Of a stretch of DNA of 64,000 nt, positions 11,752 to 25,900 are shown piece by piece (positions within the stretch are counted from its first letter, which is position 1; every line of letters starts with the position of its first letter). The position numbers and the translations under genes were made by a program. The stretch is from assembly GCA_016748015.1 (NCBI GenBank), contig JAAOMT010000790.1, positions 75,479 through 139,478 of the forward strand. The letters are read 5' to 3'. This stretch comes from Geosiphon pyriformis uo1. Taxonomy: Eukaryota; Fungi; Glomeromycota. The notes under the pieces were generated by a model that saw nothing but the letters and a program-made list of their open reading frames with translations, made no database searches and was not told where the DNA came from.

Positions 11752-12762
11752 GTGGCAGAATCTGAAAAAATAGGAACAAACCATTTAGGATTTACAAAAT
11801 TCTTATTCTAACACTATCATATTCATTTCAGATTAACAAATAGTAGTTGGCCAACCAAATCAGTTTTCAATTACTATATCAACAAAAGAATAGTATATTA
11901 CTTGGAAGGCCAAAGAGATCCAGAATTCGCCTTCAACAACTTCTTCAGTGAATTATTCCAAAGCACCACCCTTCTACAAAATTATCTATTTGCACTTCTA
12001 ATTACAGAAATAAACAGAGAAATTGAAAAATACACCAAACAGAGATTTCCTATCACTTTTGCAGACAAAGGCAAAGGAAGACTACAAACACCAGCAGAAA
12101 CACCAAAGCAAATCCAACTACTCACTTAGAAGAAACAAAGGTTTGATTTATCTGCTAATCTATTATATTATCACATACCCAAAAGCATTATCAATATAAT
12201 AAACACAGCTACAACAAGCATGACAATGCCACTAAACAGAATCCCATTCCAAAGTAAACAAAAGAAGGCAGAGTTATTAGGAACATATGGCAATTATTTC
12301 GAGAGATTTAAATCATGATCCCCAATGCCATCAAGAATTCAATTACCACCACTACAACCAGATTTCAGCCATTAGTTCTTGGGAAATGACTGACTCTGAG
12401 GAAAAAAAAAGTAATAATCAGGAAGTTAATAAGCAAAACCCAATTCTAGAACATTCAGAAATTAAAACTCCAGTTAATTAAACTCCAGAAAATCAGAATA
12501 ATTAAAACCCCGATGTAATTAATCAGCACTTACCTCCAGTAATCATGATCAATCTACCACCAACTTCACCAAACACCCAATAGCAACAACTGCCACAACT
12601 GCTACCTCAACAACAAATTTAGCAGCAACTACAATTCAACTTAGATTCAATAGCATATGCACCAATAGCCAAACTCAAAAAATTCACTGGCGAAGAGGAT
12701 GACACCCAAGTATGGCTAAATGATGTGGAGAAAACCATTGCAGTTAATGAATGGAATGACAC
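11752..12762 (+). pseudogene. Element A gag, 5' part
   Basis: VAESEKIGTNHLGF...AYAPIAKLKKFTGEEDDTQVWLNDVEK, continuing at 22959 after element B. Confidence 0.85.
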
Positions 12763-13639
12763 TGTTACAAATGACAATTTCTGATGTTGAATTAAATACG
12801 AATCCGTAACTTGGTGCTTAAAGCTATTTTCATTGTCAATGATCTGAAGGTTTGGTATCTAAAGGTTTTGTATCTGAAGGGTTTGGTTGAGTTTTTTGTA
12901 TAATGGACAGAGATTCAATGATAATAGTTTTATCTGTAGCTTCCTGAAACCACAGTTTTGTCAATTTCTTTCTCAGCTTGATGGCTGGTATTCCTCCTGG
13001 TAAGCTATCCTCAATCGAGTGTTTTACCCTTATTTCTGGGTCTTTTACCAGTCATGTTTATCCTGATGTCAGTGCCTTGCGCATTAATCCTTAATAGAGT
13101 TAGTAAACAACAATAAAATCAAAGCAAGAAAATAAAAAAAATAAAATAAAATAAAGAAAGAAAAAAATAAGCCAAGACAATTTACAAGTTAGTATTTTGT
13201 TAATAGCCATGATTAAGAGCTATTGTTCCAGTGTGATTAAGTATCAATTTCTATCAACATGAAGTGTTGATAGTGGAAATGGGTTTGAGATAACAAATAG
13301 TTATTTATTAGATGATTGTAATTTGGAGAGTTGCTTAGATTAAATCTAAAACTAAGAGATCTGTCTTTTCAGCTTCTAATCCTGCTGCTATATATACATA
13401 ATTAAAATTCTTCAATTCCTTGATTCTTCACGACAGAAATCTTGGAATTCCTGGAATTCTGTGATTTCTTTGAAAGGAATCCTGGAATTCTGGAATCCTG
13501 CAATTTCTTGTTGGGAAATCCTAAAATTTCTGGAATCCTGCAATTCCTGAGAGGAATCCTGGAATTTCACATTTACTATGCTTACTTCTGATTGGCTAAT
13601 AATTATGCTAATATATTTCCTATATTTCTATAAGTAACA
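12763..13639 (-). repeat. 3' LTR of element B
   Basis: Near-identical to 22079-22954, with a GGAATTCC-rich U3 array at 13436-13570. Confidence 0.95.
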
Positions 13640-13658
13640 TTATTCCTTCCTTTTAATA

Positions 13659-14282
13659 TTAAGCTCCATTGAAATTCAATTCATTTAATTCCTTCTCTTG
13701 AAGTATTTCCTGGATTTTGTTTTCGAGAATTACTTGTGTTATTTGGGTTTGTAATTTTTCAAATTGAGCATTGGTGATCTTTTCCAATTGATTACTGGTA
13801 ACCATATCCATTGCTTTGTTGAGCAATATTTCTGGTCTATCCTGAAATGCTGTGTGTATTTGGTATATAGCTCGAGCCTGTATGGATAAGTTGTTCTTTC
13901 CCACAAAATGTTCTAATTGTTGTAGTATTCTTTTGTCAAATAATCACTTTGTTTTATTCGTATATAGATTCTGGATATTTACATGTTGTCCCAAGTAAAA
14001 ATAACAATAGTTTCATGGAAATTGTTGTATCCACCAATTCCAAGTTTCTTTAGTCAACTCTTGATATAGTGACTCTTTTGTCGACTCTTTTATTGCTAAT
14101 TTTACTTTCACAATGATTTTGTCCACAGTATTTTCAGTTTTCTTCTGTGTTCTGGGTTGCAATGTCTTTTTAGTATCTTGATATCAAATGGTTTGTTGAT
14201 TAATTGTAATCTCCATTTCCTGGTGTTGGATCAATTGAAAGAGTTGTTGTGCTAGTGAGTGAATGTTGTCTGTAATTTCCAT
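13659..14282 (-). pseudogene. Element B ORF3 (unknown protein, ~207 aa)
   Basis: MEITDNIHSLAQQLFQLIQHQEMEITINQQ...ARAIYQIHTAFQDRPEILL...LNFNGA*, homologous to ORF3 in A, C and E. Confidence 0.75.
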
Positions 14283-14336
14283 TTTTCTGATATTTCCTGT
14301 TGTGTTTATTATGTCTTTATATATTTTTTTGATGGA

Positions 14337-15719
14337 TCAATTTGATGTGTTGTTGTTAATAATAATGATTGGTTCCAGATCTCGTGAAATCTAATCTGGT
14401 TGGACTAGTATTCTCTGTACTTCTAATTGTAGAATATTACTGGTGGATAGTGATATGATGCTGTGGTATGGTTTCAGTCAATCTTCATATGCTGCTTTGG
14501 TTAAGATTTTGTTGTCCAGTCTTAATTTGTAAGCTTCATTTCCTAGAATTTTTTCTATGTGAAATAGTCCATCCCATTTGAAGTCAAATTTTCCACTCCA
14601 TTGTTTTTCCGCTTTGGTATGATATAAGAGTACTTTGTCTCCAATCTTGAATTCAACTGGTTTGTCTGGTAGTTGATTATCATGTCTTTCTTTCTGTTTC
14701 TCTTGTGACTTTTGTATGTTATCAGCTGCTCTTCTTCGTTTGTTTTTTAATGTTTCCATTAAGTCATATGTTCTTCTTAACAATGTTTCTTGGAAATTCT
14801 CTTCTGTTATTGGTTCAGTTGGATATGTGTTGACCTCTATCTCCACTGGTAATGTTGCTGTTCTACTGTATACTAATTCAAATGGTGTTGCTTGTGTAGT
14901 GTCTTGTTTCATTGTTCGATAAGCAAATAGTACTGATGGTATCAACACATCCCAATCATTCTGGTTTTCTTGGCTGAGCTTAGCTATTGCTTTACACAAT
15001 GTTCTGTTGAATCTTTCAACTAATCCATTGGTTTGTGAATGGTATGGTAATAATAGTGGTCTTTTAATTCCGAATTTTTGGCTCAATTCTGTTAATGTTC
15101 TGTTTACAAAATGAGTTCCTTGATCTGATAATAATTTCTTTAGACATCCGTGTCGACAAATTAAATCTTGATGAACAAATTCAGCAATGGATTCTGCATT
15201 TGCTTTTTAAATTGCTTTCGCCTCTGGCCATTTAGTGAGATAGTCCATGGCTACTGCTATGTACTTGTTTCCTTCTTTGGTGATTGTTAATGATTTGATT
15301 AGATTAATTCCAATACAGTTGAATGGTTGTTCCACTTTGATTGGTTTTAATAGTTTACTGGGTTTTGTATCTCCTCTTTGCTGACAAGCATCACAATTTT
15401 GAACATATTGGATGATATCTGGATACATTGATGGTCAATAGTATCTTTTTCTGGTTCTTTCTATGGTTGCTTCTTTGTGAAAGTGTCCTGTTGTTGGATT
15501 TGAGTGCATGTTAAATAATATTGTCTTTTTTTCTGGCTCTGTAATTACTCTGGTTGGTTGCTCTAGCTTTCTTCTATTTTTCCAATAAAGTATATTTTGG
15601 TGAGTGATAAAATATTTTGATTGTTGTTTGATACTCTTTCGTTCTGTTTAAGATAAATTCTTCTTGAACTGTTAAGTGTTTATATAATGTAGCAGTTGTT
15701 GATATTTTTGTATGTTCAT
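14337..15719 (-). pseudogene. Element B integrase (separate ORF)
   Basis: MNIQKYQQL..., HHCC (H..GH...CDAC), DYLTKWPEA, SDQG, GLVERFNRTL, KWDGLFHI (GPY/F). Confidence 0.9.
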
Positions 15720-15781
15720 CTTTTATTATATTTTTCGTTGGTATTGTTCTGGTTTTGTTATATTTTTGGGTTGAAATGTTC

Positions 15782-18700
15782 TTAGATTTGTCTTATTTGT
15801 GACAAACTGTCAGTATTTCTATTGTCTTTTCCCTTTTTATAATGTATAGTATAATTATATGGTGTGAATGCCATTTTTTATTTTGACTGTCTTCCATCTC
15901 CAAATTCTTGTTTTTGAAGTAATGTTAATCCTTTGTGATCTGTGTATACTTCAAACTTCTGGCTCAAGTATTCTTTCTATTTTATGACTGCCCAGTATAT
16001 TGCTAAGTGTTCTTGTTCTGGTGTTCCATAGTTCTTTTTGGCTGGTATTAAATCTCTGCTGACATATGCTACTGGATGTTCCCTGCCGTCTGGTCCTTTC
16101 TGAGATAGTACTGCTCCCAATGCTTGGCTAGATGCATCAGTGGTGATGATAAATGGTTTGCTGTGATCGGAATAGATCAGTACTGAAGCTTGAATAAGCT
16201 TTCTTCTCAGAAAATCAAAAGCTTCTTGTTGACTTTCTGTCTATTCATATTTTGTATTCTTGGTTTGCAGTTGGTTGAGTGACTGCACTATCTTAGAAAA
16301 GTTCTTGATAAAACGTTAATAATAGCTAACAAATCCCAAGAATGATTTCAGTTCTGTCATATTTGTTGGCACTGGAAAGTTCTTTACTATCTCTATTTTC
16401 TCTGGATCTGTTTTGATGCTGTTTTTGCTAACTATGTGTCCCAAGAATTTTAGTTCTGTTTTGCTGAAAAAACACTTTATTGCATTTAACTTTAGTTCTG
16501 CTCTTCTTAGTTTTTCAAACACTTGTTGAAGATGATGAAGATGATCATCAAATGTTTTTGAGAATACATTGGTGTCATCCAAGTATACAACTACTGATTT
16601 CCACAATAAGCCATTATAAACAATTTCCATTAGCTGTTGAAAAGTGGCTGGTGCATTGGTTAAGCCAAATGGCATTACTTCAAATTCAAAATTCTCTTTT
16701 TTGGTGGTAAATGCCATCTTTTCTTTGTCAGCTGGATCTATGGCTACTTGTCAGTAACCACTGTCCAGGTCTAATGTTGAAAACCATTTGTTTCCACTGA
16801 AAGTGTTAAATAATTCTTGGATTCATGGAGTGAGGTAGTTATCTCCACAAATTACTCCATTGAGTTTTCTATAATCCACACAAAAGTGGATCTTTCCATT
16901 CTTTTTATGAATGAGTACTACTGGTGATGATCATGGGCTCATTGATGGCTTAATTAGCCCATTGTCAAGCATTCAGTTTATCTCTTGCCAGATAATCTTG
17001 TGGCTAGCTGGTGGTACTTTGTATGCTCTTTGTTTAATTGGCATTGTATCTCCAGTCTTGATCTGATGCTGGATGATGTCAGTCTGGCCAAACTCATTTT
17101 TGCTGGCAAAGATGTTATTGAAATTGTTGAACAACATCTTAAGTTGCATACTTTAGAGTGGATTCAAGTTTCCCATGTTCATTTGTTCTAATTATTCTGA
17201 TTGGAGCAAATAACATTCACTTCGTCTGTATATCATTTGTGATGTGATATCGACATATCCACAAAGCTGTAGAAAGTCTGGAATAGTGCTTGGTAGTTGA
17301 TCCTCTATTTCAATGCTTAAGTATCCAATGGTAGTTTTGGCTGGTATTTCTACAATATTTCTGGTGTTGTTGTAGATGGGAATTTTGATATGATTATGGC
17401 TCTTGACTGGTATGTGTAGATTAATAAGTCCAATTTCTCCTGATTTACAAAGAGTTGGTTCTGCTTCAAAAATCTGATTCTGTTCTTTTACTTCTCGCTT
17501 TATTCCTATCATGTACTGACCATATGGTGGAATAGAAATTGTTTGACCCACTGAGATAATTTCTCCTTGGTTAACAATTTTTTTTTCTGCCATATTAACT
17601 GATACACCTATTCTACCCATTGATCTAAATCCCTGTATTTCTCTCACTGTTATTTCTAATTCCTCTCTCTTTTCTACTGATACTAATTGAGCTATTCTAA
17701 CCAAAGACAGGAATATTGCCTGTGCTATCTTTTCGTTGGGCTCTATTATATAGGTTTTTTCTGAGTCATTTTGTAGCATAGTAATAATATTTCTTACATA
17801 TCCCGCATCAATTATTCCTCCTTTTATATTAATCCCTCTTTTCGCTAAACTACTCCTAGATGCTAATTGAACCATTGTTGTTGCCAGAATTTCCAGCACT
17901 ATTTTCAGATTAATGCAGGTGCACGAATGTGGTTTCAATTTGATGGCTTCTTTTCCTGGATATCTCAGATCAAACCCTGCATCAGTATCATGCATGCGTT
18001 CTGGCATGATACCTTCCTCATTGTTACTATACCATTTCAACTCTTGTTTCTTGGAGAGATTTGGTAGTGCAATATATTGTTTGTAGTTTGTATTGGAGTT
18101 TGGATCTGAGTTGGAATCATTGTTGTTGTTATTGCTATTTTGAATGAAGCTTGAACTGTTGTTGTTGTTGTCATTGTTGGAGTTTGAATCATAATTGAAT
18201 GGTGATTCTGATTCTGATGCACAATTGCTGATTGGTTCTTCTTTTTCAGAGATTGTGTAGATCATGCGTGGTGGTAGATTGTAAATGAGATTATACTCAT
18301 TACAATATTGAAAGTCACATGGAATCAAACAATGGTCACATAGTTGAGTGTTTATTTCTTCTAGTCTTTGTTCCTGCTCTTTTCTGGTGGGTGCTAAGTT
18401 CTGATAATGTTTATGGAATTCTTTTGGGCTGTTTTTTAAGTTGAAAAAGGTGTCCAAATTGAGAACCAAAACAATGTCTGTTGGTTCTGAAGAGTTGTTC
18501 TTGATTTCCAGAATTTTATTGGACAAAGTGCCCTCTATTTTGGCATTGGCTATTTGCCAGATTTCATCTTTGTCATGTGGGTAACCTTCTAAGCAAGAGA
18601 TTGCTCAGTGCCAGGCGGCTGTTATTGGCATGCCACAATTCACCCAATCACTGATGAAAATTGTGTATTAGCACAAAGTGTTGCATGTTCCTCCTCAACC

Positions 18701-21700
18701 AGAAATGTTGTTCCATATTCCTTTGTCGAGTAACTGTTCACTGCAAGCAAGACATGATTTGTTGTCCCACTTGCCTTGTTGTTTTGGGTAACCATAGTGT
18801 TCTCTATGGCAGGATTTGCAGTAGTAGTGGATTTGTGTCCAATAGTCTTTGTCTGGCACGATTCATGCTCCCATGGAAAAGAGTTTCTTTTTGCAGTTCT
18901 GACATTTTAAGGAAATGTAAGGTGGCTTCTTCACTGGCTCACATAAGTATTCTCTTTCCCAGCCATTGGTTATTTTTTCTGTGGCTTCATCGGCTTTTCC
19001 AGATAAGTCTTCTTCTTTCTCTTTTTCTTTTCTTTTTTTTTTCCAGCTGGTTGGCATTGTTTTACTTTCATCGTCATTATTCCAGGCATCAATAGTGGTT
19101 TCCCAGGTATGTTCTTCTGTTTCTGTTCCTTTTCTCTTTATATTATTCTTTTCTTCCCAGTCTAAAATTGGCAGTAGTTCGTTGTGTTTGACGTCAGCCC
19201 ACAATACTTGGTACACCTCCCAAATAAGCTTTGGTTTTTCCTCTTCAAAATTGATGAGCGGCATTGATGATGTGATATTGTTAGGTTTAAAATGGCCACA
19301 TGTGGCTGGTACTCGTGTGTATTGGCCGTTTTGGCTAAGTTGGAGTTCTTGTATGTTCCAGTTGAGTATTGCATTGGTTTTGGACAACCAGTTGTTGCCA
19401 ATGAGAGCTTGGTACTGGGTTGCTTCTATTACTAATACCTTAATTGGTACAGTGATGCCATTGATTTCAATGGATAGATTGTCAATTTTGCCAATGAGAG
19501 TTTTGGTTGCTCTATTAGCTGTTATGATTCTGGCACTGGCAGCATGATCAACTCAGCAACCTAATTGGTCCATGAGTTGTCGTGTGATAATGCTGTCTGC
19601 TGACCCACTATTAAGAATAACCTTGATAGAATGGCCATCAATTTTAGCATTGGTGTACATCGCCATAATGAGTTTTTCCTCAATAGTGGCTCTGCTGAAC
19701 AAAGGAACTCCTGATGGTTCCTTAATTTCAAATGAGAATATGGCTGCAAATAACTCATTTTCTGTGACAGTGGCTGGTGGAATATTGCTGGTGAGTGTTA
19801 ATTGTTGGTTAGATCCCGAATTGGTGTTGGTAGCATCTTCTGGGATAACCAAGAGACTTAAATAGTTCTGGGAATTTGGGTTTTGGGTGGCACCAGCACC
19901 CAAATTCTATGAACGCGATCCTAATAATGAGTTGAAAGAACTGAGGATCAGTTGGTGGACAACCATCACCAATCTTCAGTTTTGTGTGATTCTAGGTCTG
20001 GAGTGGTCTAATATTATATTAACTGAATTTTGGGGCAGTGTCTGAATTGATTGGGGTTGATAAATTATTTGGAGTTGTGGCTGATAGATTACTGGTGGCT
20101 GCAGTTGATAAATTGAGATTGATATACTGGCAGTTGATAGATTGGTGGCTGCGTTATTAGCAGGTAAGTAGTTTGATCTTGATTTGGGTAACGATTTGGA
20201 GTTTGAAATCTGCAATCAAGGTTTCAATATTGATTTTCTGATCGTGAATTGTTGCTATAAAATCTACAGTCTGCTCTTATGTGTTTTTGTTTACCACAGT
20301 TGTGGCAAACATGCATTTCTGGCTGCCATGGCTGATTAGGTGCTGCTAATGATGATGATGGACGCAACTGATTTTGGAAATAATTCATGTTTTCTGGATT
20401 ATTGTATCATTGTGGTGGTTGATAAATTGCACAATTGTCAGCTAAGTATCCCTCTAACTTCTGATTAATTGAATTACTGAATTGTTTCAATTTAAAATCT
20501 AATTCAGATGATCCATTTATCACTAAGTTCATGGTGTGGGCGTGATTGGCTTCTAATTCGGCAAATTCAAAATCTCTGGCATGTGTGACTGTGTCCTAAA
20601 GAGTGGTTGAATACAATGAGCATACGTGTTGCAAGATGCTACTGCACAGGCCATAGATGAATTGATTGAAAATTTGTGGCACTGTAAAATAATTAGCATC
20701 AATTGCTTGGATTTGTTGCAGATTTCTATGAAAGCGTCCCAGATATGTGGTAACTGCTTCAGTTTCTCTTTGTTTAATTGTAGTGAAAGTGTTGGCTAAT
20801 CTGTTGATGCTGTTGTTATTGCTAAAGTATCTCAAAAATTCTAATTTGAAGGCATTGAAATCTTGGAGTTTGTCAACCAGGCTTTGATACCATAAATCTG
20901 CTGTATCTTTGAGAAAATAAGGTATGACTTGCATGGCTCTGGCATCATTCTATCTGTTAGCTGTGATGGCTTTTTCTATATCATTTAGCCAAACTTGTGC
21001 ATCATTCTCTTTGCCGGTAAATTTGTCGAGCTTCGCGATTGGTGTGTATGCTATTTGTTGTTGTTGTTATGGTGGAAGTTGTTGTTGTTGTTGAGGTGAT
21101 ACTGGGGGTGGTTGTTGAGTTTGTTGGTTCAGTATTTGGATGAGCTGACCAATTGGTTTAATTGGTGGTTGATTGATAACAATAACTGGAGGTAAGTGTT
21201 GATTAATTATTTCAGGGTTTTGATTTTGCAGTACTTGAATATTCAGAGTTTTGATTTCTGGATTTTCTCACTAAGTTTGAACGTTCAGAGTTCCAAATTC
21301 TGGGTTTTCAAGGATTGGGTTTTGGTAAGTAAATTCTTGATTTTCCGATTTTTCTTCCTCTTTTTCTTCAGATAGTTTTCACAGAGTAGTGGTTCCAAAG
21401 TCTGGTTGAGGTGGCAATAATCGAATTCCTGATGGTGTTGGTGATTATGACTTAAATCCTTCAAAATATTTGCCATATGGTCTTAGTAGATCTGTTTTTT
21501 TTTGTTTACTTTAAAATGGGAATTGTCCAAATGTTGATATTGCATTTGATGTAGATGTGCTTGCTGATGTTATATTGATGGCGCTTCCCAGTGTGTAGTG
21601 ATAGGATGAAGCAGTTGGTAATTCAACTCTTGTTTTCTTCCAAGTGAGTGGTTGTATCCTTTTGGATGTTACTGCTAATGTTTGTAGTTTTCTTTGTCTT

Positions 21701-22016
21701 TACTGGCATAAGTAATTGGATATCTTTGTTGGGTGTAATGTTCAATTTTTTTGTTGATCTCAGTAATGATAGAGACAAAATTGTGATTTGTTGGCAGGTT
21801 GGTATTTTGAATTAATTCTCTGTAGAAAGTTTTTCTGGCTGATTCAGTATTTATTGGTGTTTCTAACAAAGAGGAAATCTTTTCATTAATGTAGAAATTA
21901 AAGGCTAATTTGGCAGATATATGATTGTGGTTTAATCCCAAGTGTTGACAATAATGTTGAAATAGGAATTTCGCGAATTCTAAATGGTTTGCTCCTATGT
22001 TTTCTGATTCTGCCAC
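15782..22016 (-). pseudogene. Element B gag-protease-Cys-rich-dUTPase-RT-RNase H polyprotein
   Basis: CCHC at ~20266-20307, ILNSGS (DSG), dUTPase at 17615-18050, MPFGLTNAPATFQ, YLDD, TTDAS, DHKGL. Many stops. Confidence 0.92.
17615..18050 (-). pseudogene. dut: dUTPase domain in element B
   Basis: Motifs AGFDL, RSSLA, GIIDAGY, KIAQ and R-IQGFRSMG. Confidence 0.93.
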
Positions 22017-22078
22017 TTTTGGATAGTGTTTGTTAGTGCTGGTTCTCTGTAAGATTATACCTCACAGGAAGCACCAAA

Positions 22079-22954
22079 TGTTACAGGTGACAATTTCTGG
22101 TGTTGAATTAAATATGAACCCATAATTTGGTGCTCAAAGCTATTCTCATTGTTAATGATCTAAAGGTTTGGTATCTGAAAGTTTTGTATCTGAAAGGTTT
22201 GATTGAGTTCTTTGTATAATAGACAGAGATTCAATGGTAATAGTTTTATCCATAGCTTCCCAAAACTGCAGTTTTGCCAATTTTTTCTTAGCATAATGGC
22301 TGGTATTCCTCCTGGTAAGCTATTCTCAATCAAGTGTTCTACCCTTATTTCTGGGTCTTTTACCAGTCATGTTTATCCTGATGTCAGTACCCCATGTGTT
22401 AATTCTCAATAGAGTTAGTAAACAACAATAAAATCAAAGCAAGAAAATAAATAAAATAAAATAAAATAAAGAAAGAAAGAAATAAGCCAAGGCAATTTGC
22501 AAGTTAGTATTTCATCAATAGCCATGATCAAGAGCTATTGTTCCAATGTGATTAAGTATCAATTTCTATTAACATGAAGTGTTGATAGTGGAAATGAGTT
22601 TGAAATAACAAATAGTTATTTATTAGATGATTGTAATTTGGAGAGTTGCTTAGATTAAATCTAAAACTAAGAGGTCTGTCTTTTCAGCTTCTAATCCTAC
22701 TGCTATATATACATAATTAAGATTCCTCAATTCCTCGATTCTTCACGACAAGAATCTTGGAATTCCTGGAATCCTGCAATTTCTTTGAGAGGAATTCTGG
22801 AATTCTGGAATTCTGCGATTTCTTGTTGGAGAATCCTGAAATTTTTGGAATCCTGCAATTCCTGAGAGGAATCCTGGAATTTCACATTTACTATGCCTAC
22901 TTTTGATTGGCTAATAATTATGCTAATATATTTCCTATATTTCTATGAGTAACA
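22079..22954 (-). repeat. 5' LTR of element B
   Basis: TGTTACAGG...GAGTAACA, adjacent to the PBS. Confidence 0.95.
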
Positions 22955-22958
22955 ATGC

Positions 22959-25900
22959 CAGAGCCATGCAAGTCATCTTATATTTTCTCCAGGATACTGT
23001 CAATTCATGATACCAAAGCCTGGTCAACAAACTCCAAGATTTTAATGCATTCAAAATTGAGTTCTTAAGATACTTCAGCAACAATAACAGTATTAACAAA
23101 TTAGCAAACACATTTACTATCATCAAACAAAGAGAAAATGAAGCAGTCACTACTTACTTAAGATGTTTCTACAGGAATCTGCGCTAGATCCAAGCCATCA
23201 ATGCCAATTATTTCACAGTGGCCCAGATTCTAAATCAGTTTATTCATGGATTATGCAGTAGCATTCTGCAATACATACGTCTATTGTATCTTATCAATCT
23301 GTAAGCAGCTGTCACAAATGCCTGAAATTTTGAAACTGCTGAACTCGAAGCTAACCACACTCAAGCTGTTAACCTAGTAATGAATGGATTATCTGAATTA
23401 GATTCCAAATTGAAACAATTTAGTAATTCCATCAATTAGAAATTAGAGAGATACTTAGCTGACAATTGTGCAATTTATTAACCACCACAATGATACAATA
23501 ATTCTGGAAATGTGAATTGTTTCCAGAATCAGTCGCATCTATCATCATTGACCAATCAACAGTAGCAACAAAAAATACATGTTTGCCACTATTGTGGTAA
23601 ACAAAGACACCTACAAATCAATTGCCATCATCACTTAAATAACCAATGATCAGGAAATCAATATCAAAACTCTGATTGCCAATTTCAAATTTTAAATAAC
23701 CTACCAAACTTAAAGCCATATCATCAGAATTATATACCTATAACACAGCAGCCACTTTATCATCCATCAGTATATCAAGTGCCAATTTATTAACTGACAA
23801 TACTGATAATTTATCAGCCACAGTCACAACTTATTTATCAGTCACAGCCTCAAGTAATCTATCAGCCCCAAAAAATTCAAACACTACCACAAAACTTACT
23901 TTAAAACGGAACTCAAAGGCCGAGATTGATCTAACAAAGCTGGAGATCATTGATAATAGTTTACCAACTGATTCCCAGTTCTTTTACACAACTAGCAGAA
24001 TCTTGACAATGGAATTCAGACACTGAATACACCCAAAACCTGAATTCCCAGAACTATTTAAGTTTCTTAGTTAACCACAGAAGATGCACAACCCAATAAT
24101 CTGGAGACCAACCAACAACCAACACTTACCAACAACCAACACTTACCAACAACATTCTGCCAGCTACTATCACTGAAAACAAATTACTGGATGCCATCTT
24201 CCCATTTAAACTCAAAGAACTGTCAACCATGCTGTTATTTAGTGGAGCTGCTTTGGAAGAAAAACCTATTATAACCATGTATACTGATGCCAAAGTTGAT
24301 GGCCACTTCATCAAACTGATTCTAAACAGTAGATCAACTGGCAGCATCATTACAAAACAACTCATGAACCAATTAGGTTGCCGAATTGATTGTGCTGCCA
24401 GTGCCAAAATTATAATTACTAATAGAGCAACAAAAACTCCCATTGGTAAGATTGACAACTTTCCCATCGAAGTCAATGGTATTATGGTTCCAATCAAAGT
24501 ACTGGTCATAGAAACCATCCAATACTAAGCACTCATTGGGAATGATTGGCTATCCAAAACCAACATGTTGCTTAATTGGAATATGCAGGAGCTTCAAATT
24601 AGCCAGAACGGCTAACACATATGCATACCAGCCACGTGTAGCCATTTCAAGACCACCAACTTGACAACCCCACTTATTGAATTTGAGGAAGAGGAGAAAA
24701 AACCTACCTGAGAAGTCTACCAAGTTTTCTGGACCAACACCAAACACAACAAACTGCCACCAGTACCTTTGTAAGACAACAACAGCAAAAAAAAGCAGAA
24801 CAAAGAACTTATCTGGAAAGCCAACTAAGTCTGGGAAACTAACAACGACCAGAAAAAACAAATAAATTGGAAATAAAAAGAAGACAAAAAGGGAAAAAGA
24901 AAGGGGAAGGAAGAAGAACCAACAACCAACAGCAACCCCACTTATAATTCCTATACTACACTCCACCAATCTATCTATCACCACCCAAAACTGATATGTG
25001 TCGATTATGGCAAAAAATTGTCGTCAATGAATGCTTGTTATGACAATAATAAGGAATACACTTTGGCAACAAAATTCTACTGCCACCCATGTATCATTGA
25101 ATGTTTTGGAAGGCCAAAACAGATTGGAAAATGAGACAATGAACCATGCTTGGCTTGTGGAAAAACTCTTCTGGATAAAGGAATGTGGAATGACATTCCT
25201 GGACAAAGAGGAACATGTGATGAATTATATTAATACATGATTCTCATAAACGACTGGGTAAGGAAAGGAATGCCTATAGACACTGCCTGGAGATGAGCCA
25301 TCAAACGTCTGGATGGATGTTCACATGATGATAACAAAATCTGGCAAATGGCACTTACCAAAATCGAAGAAGCAACACCAGAAAAGATAAAAACAATTAA
25401 AAATAACTTATCTGAACCTATAAAACTCGACTGGGATCCAGAACCAGTCATAAATCTTCTAGATCCAGAACAATTCTACAAACATTATTAAGAACTAGCA
25501 CCTATGAAAGAAAAGCAGGAGCAATACTTGGAAGAAATCAACACTCGACTATGTAATCACTGTTTGATTCCATGTGACTTTTAATATTGTAATGAGTGTA
25601 ACCTCATTTACAATCCACTACCATGCATGATCTACATGATCCCAGAGAAAAAAAACCAATCAGCAACTGTGCATCAGAATCAGAATCAATTTTCAATTCT
25701 GATTCAAACTCCAACAACAATGATGATGAAAATAATGGTTCCAGCTCTGCTCAAAATAGCAATGAAAATATCAATGATTCAGACTCTGATTTAAACTTCG
25801 AAATATATATTGTGTTTTTTGATCTATCTAAGAAGCAGGAACTCAAATAGTATAGTGACAATAATGATGGTATCATGTTAAAATACATGCATGATACCAA

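Larger units (their letters stand above)
12763..22954 (-). mobile_element. Ty3/Gypsy LTR retrotransposon B (type-B LTR), full length, inserted in gag of A
   Basis: LTRs at 12763-13639 and 22079-22954 (TGTTAC...GTAACA), PBS at 22059-22078, PPT at 13640-13656, TSD ACAC/ATGC. Excision restores WND(A/T)RAMQV. Confidence 0.95.

Noticed and set aside
13659-14282. ORF3 as a retroviral env
   Set aside because: It is too short, with no visible signal peptide, furin site or TM anchor.
18661-19865. Antisense ORFs over gag-pol (also 24126-24984, 57930-58601)
   Set aside because: These are shadow frames of the polyprotein and are not conserved in extent between copies.
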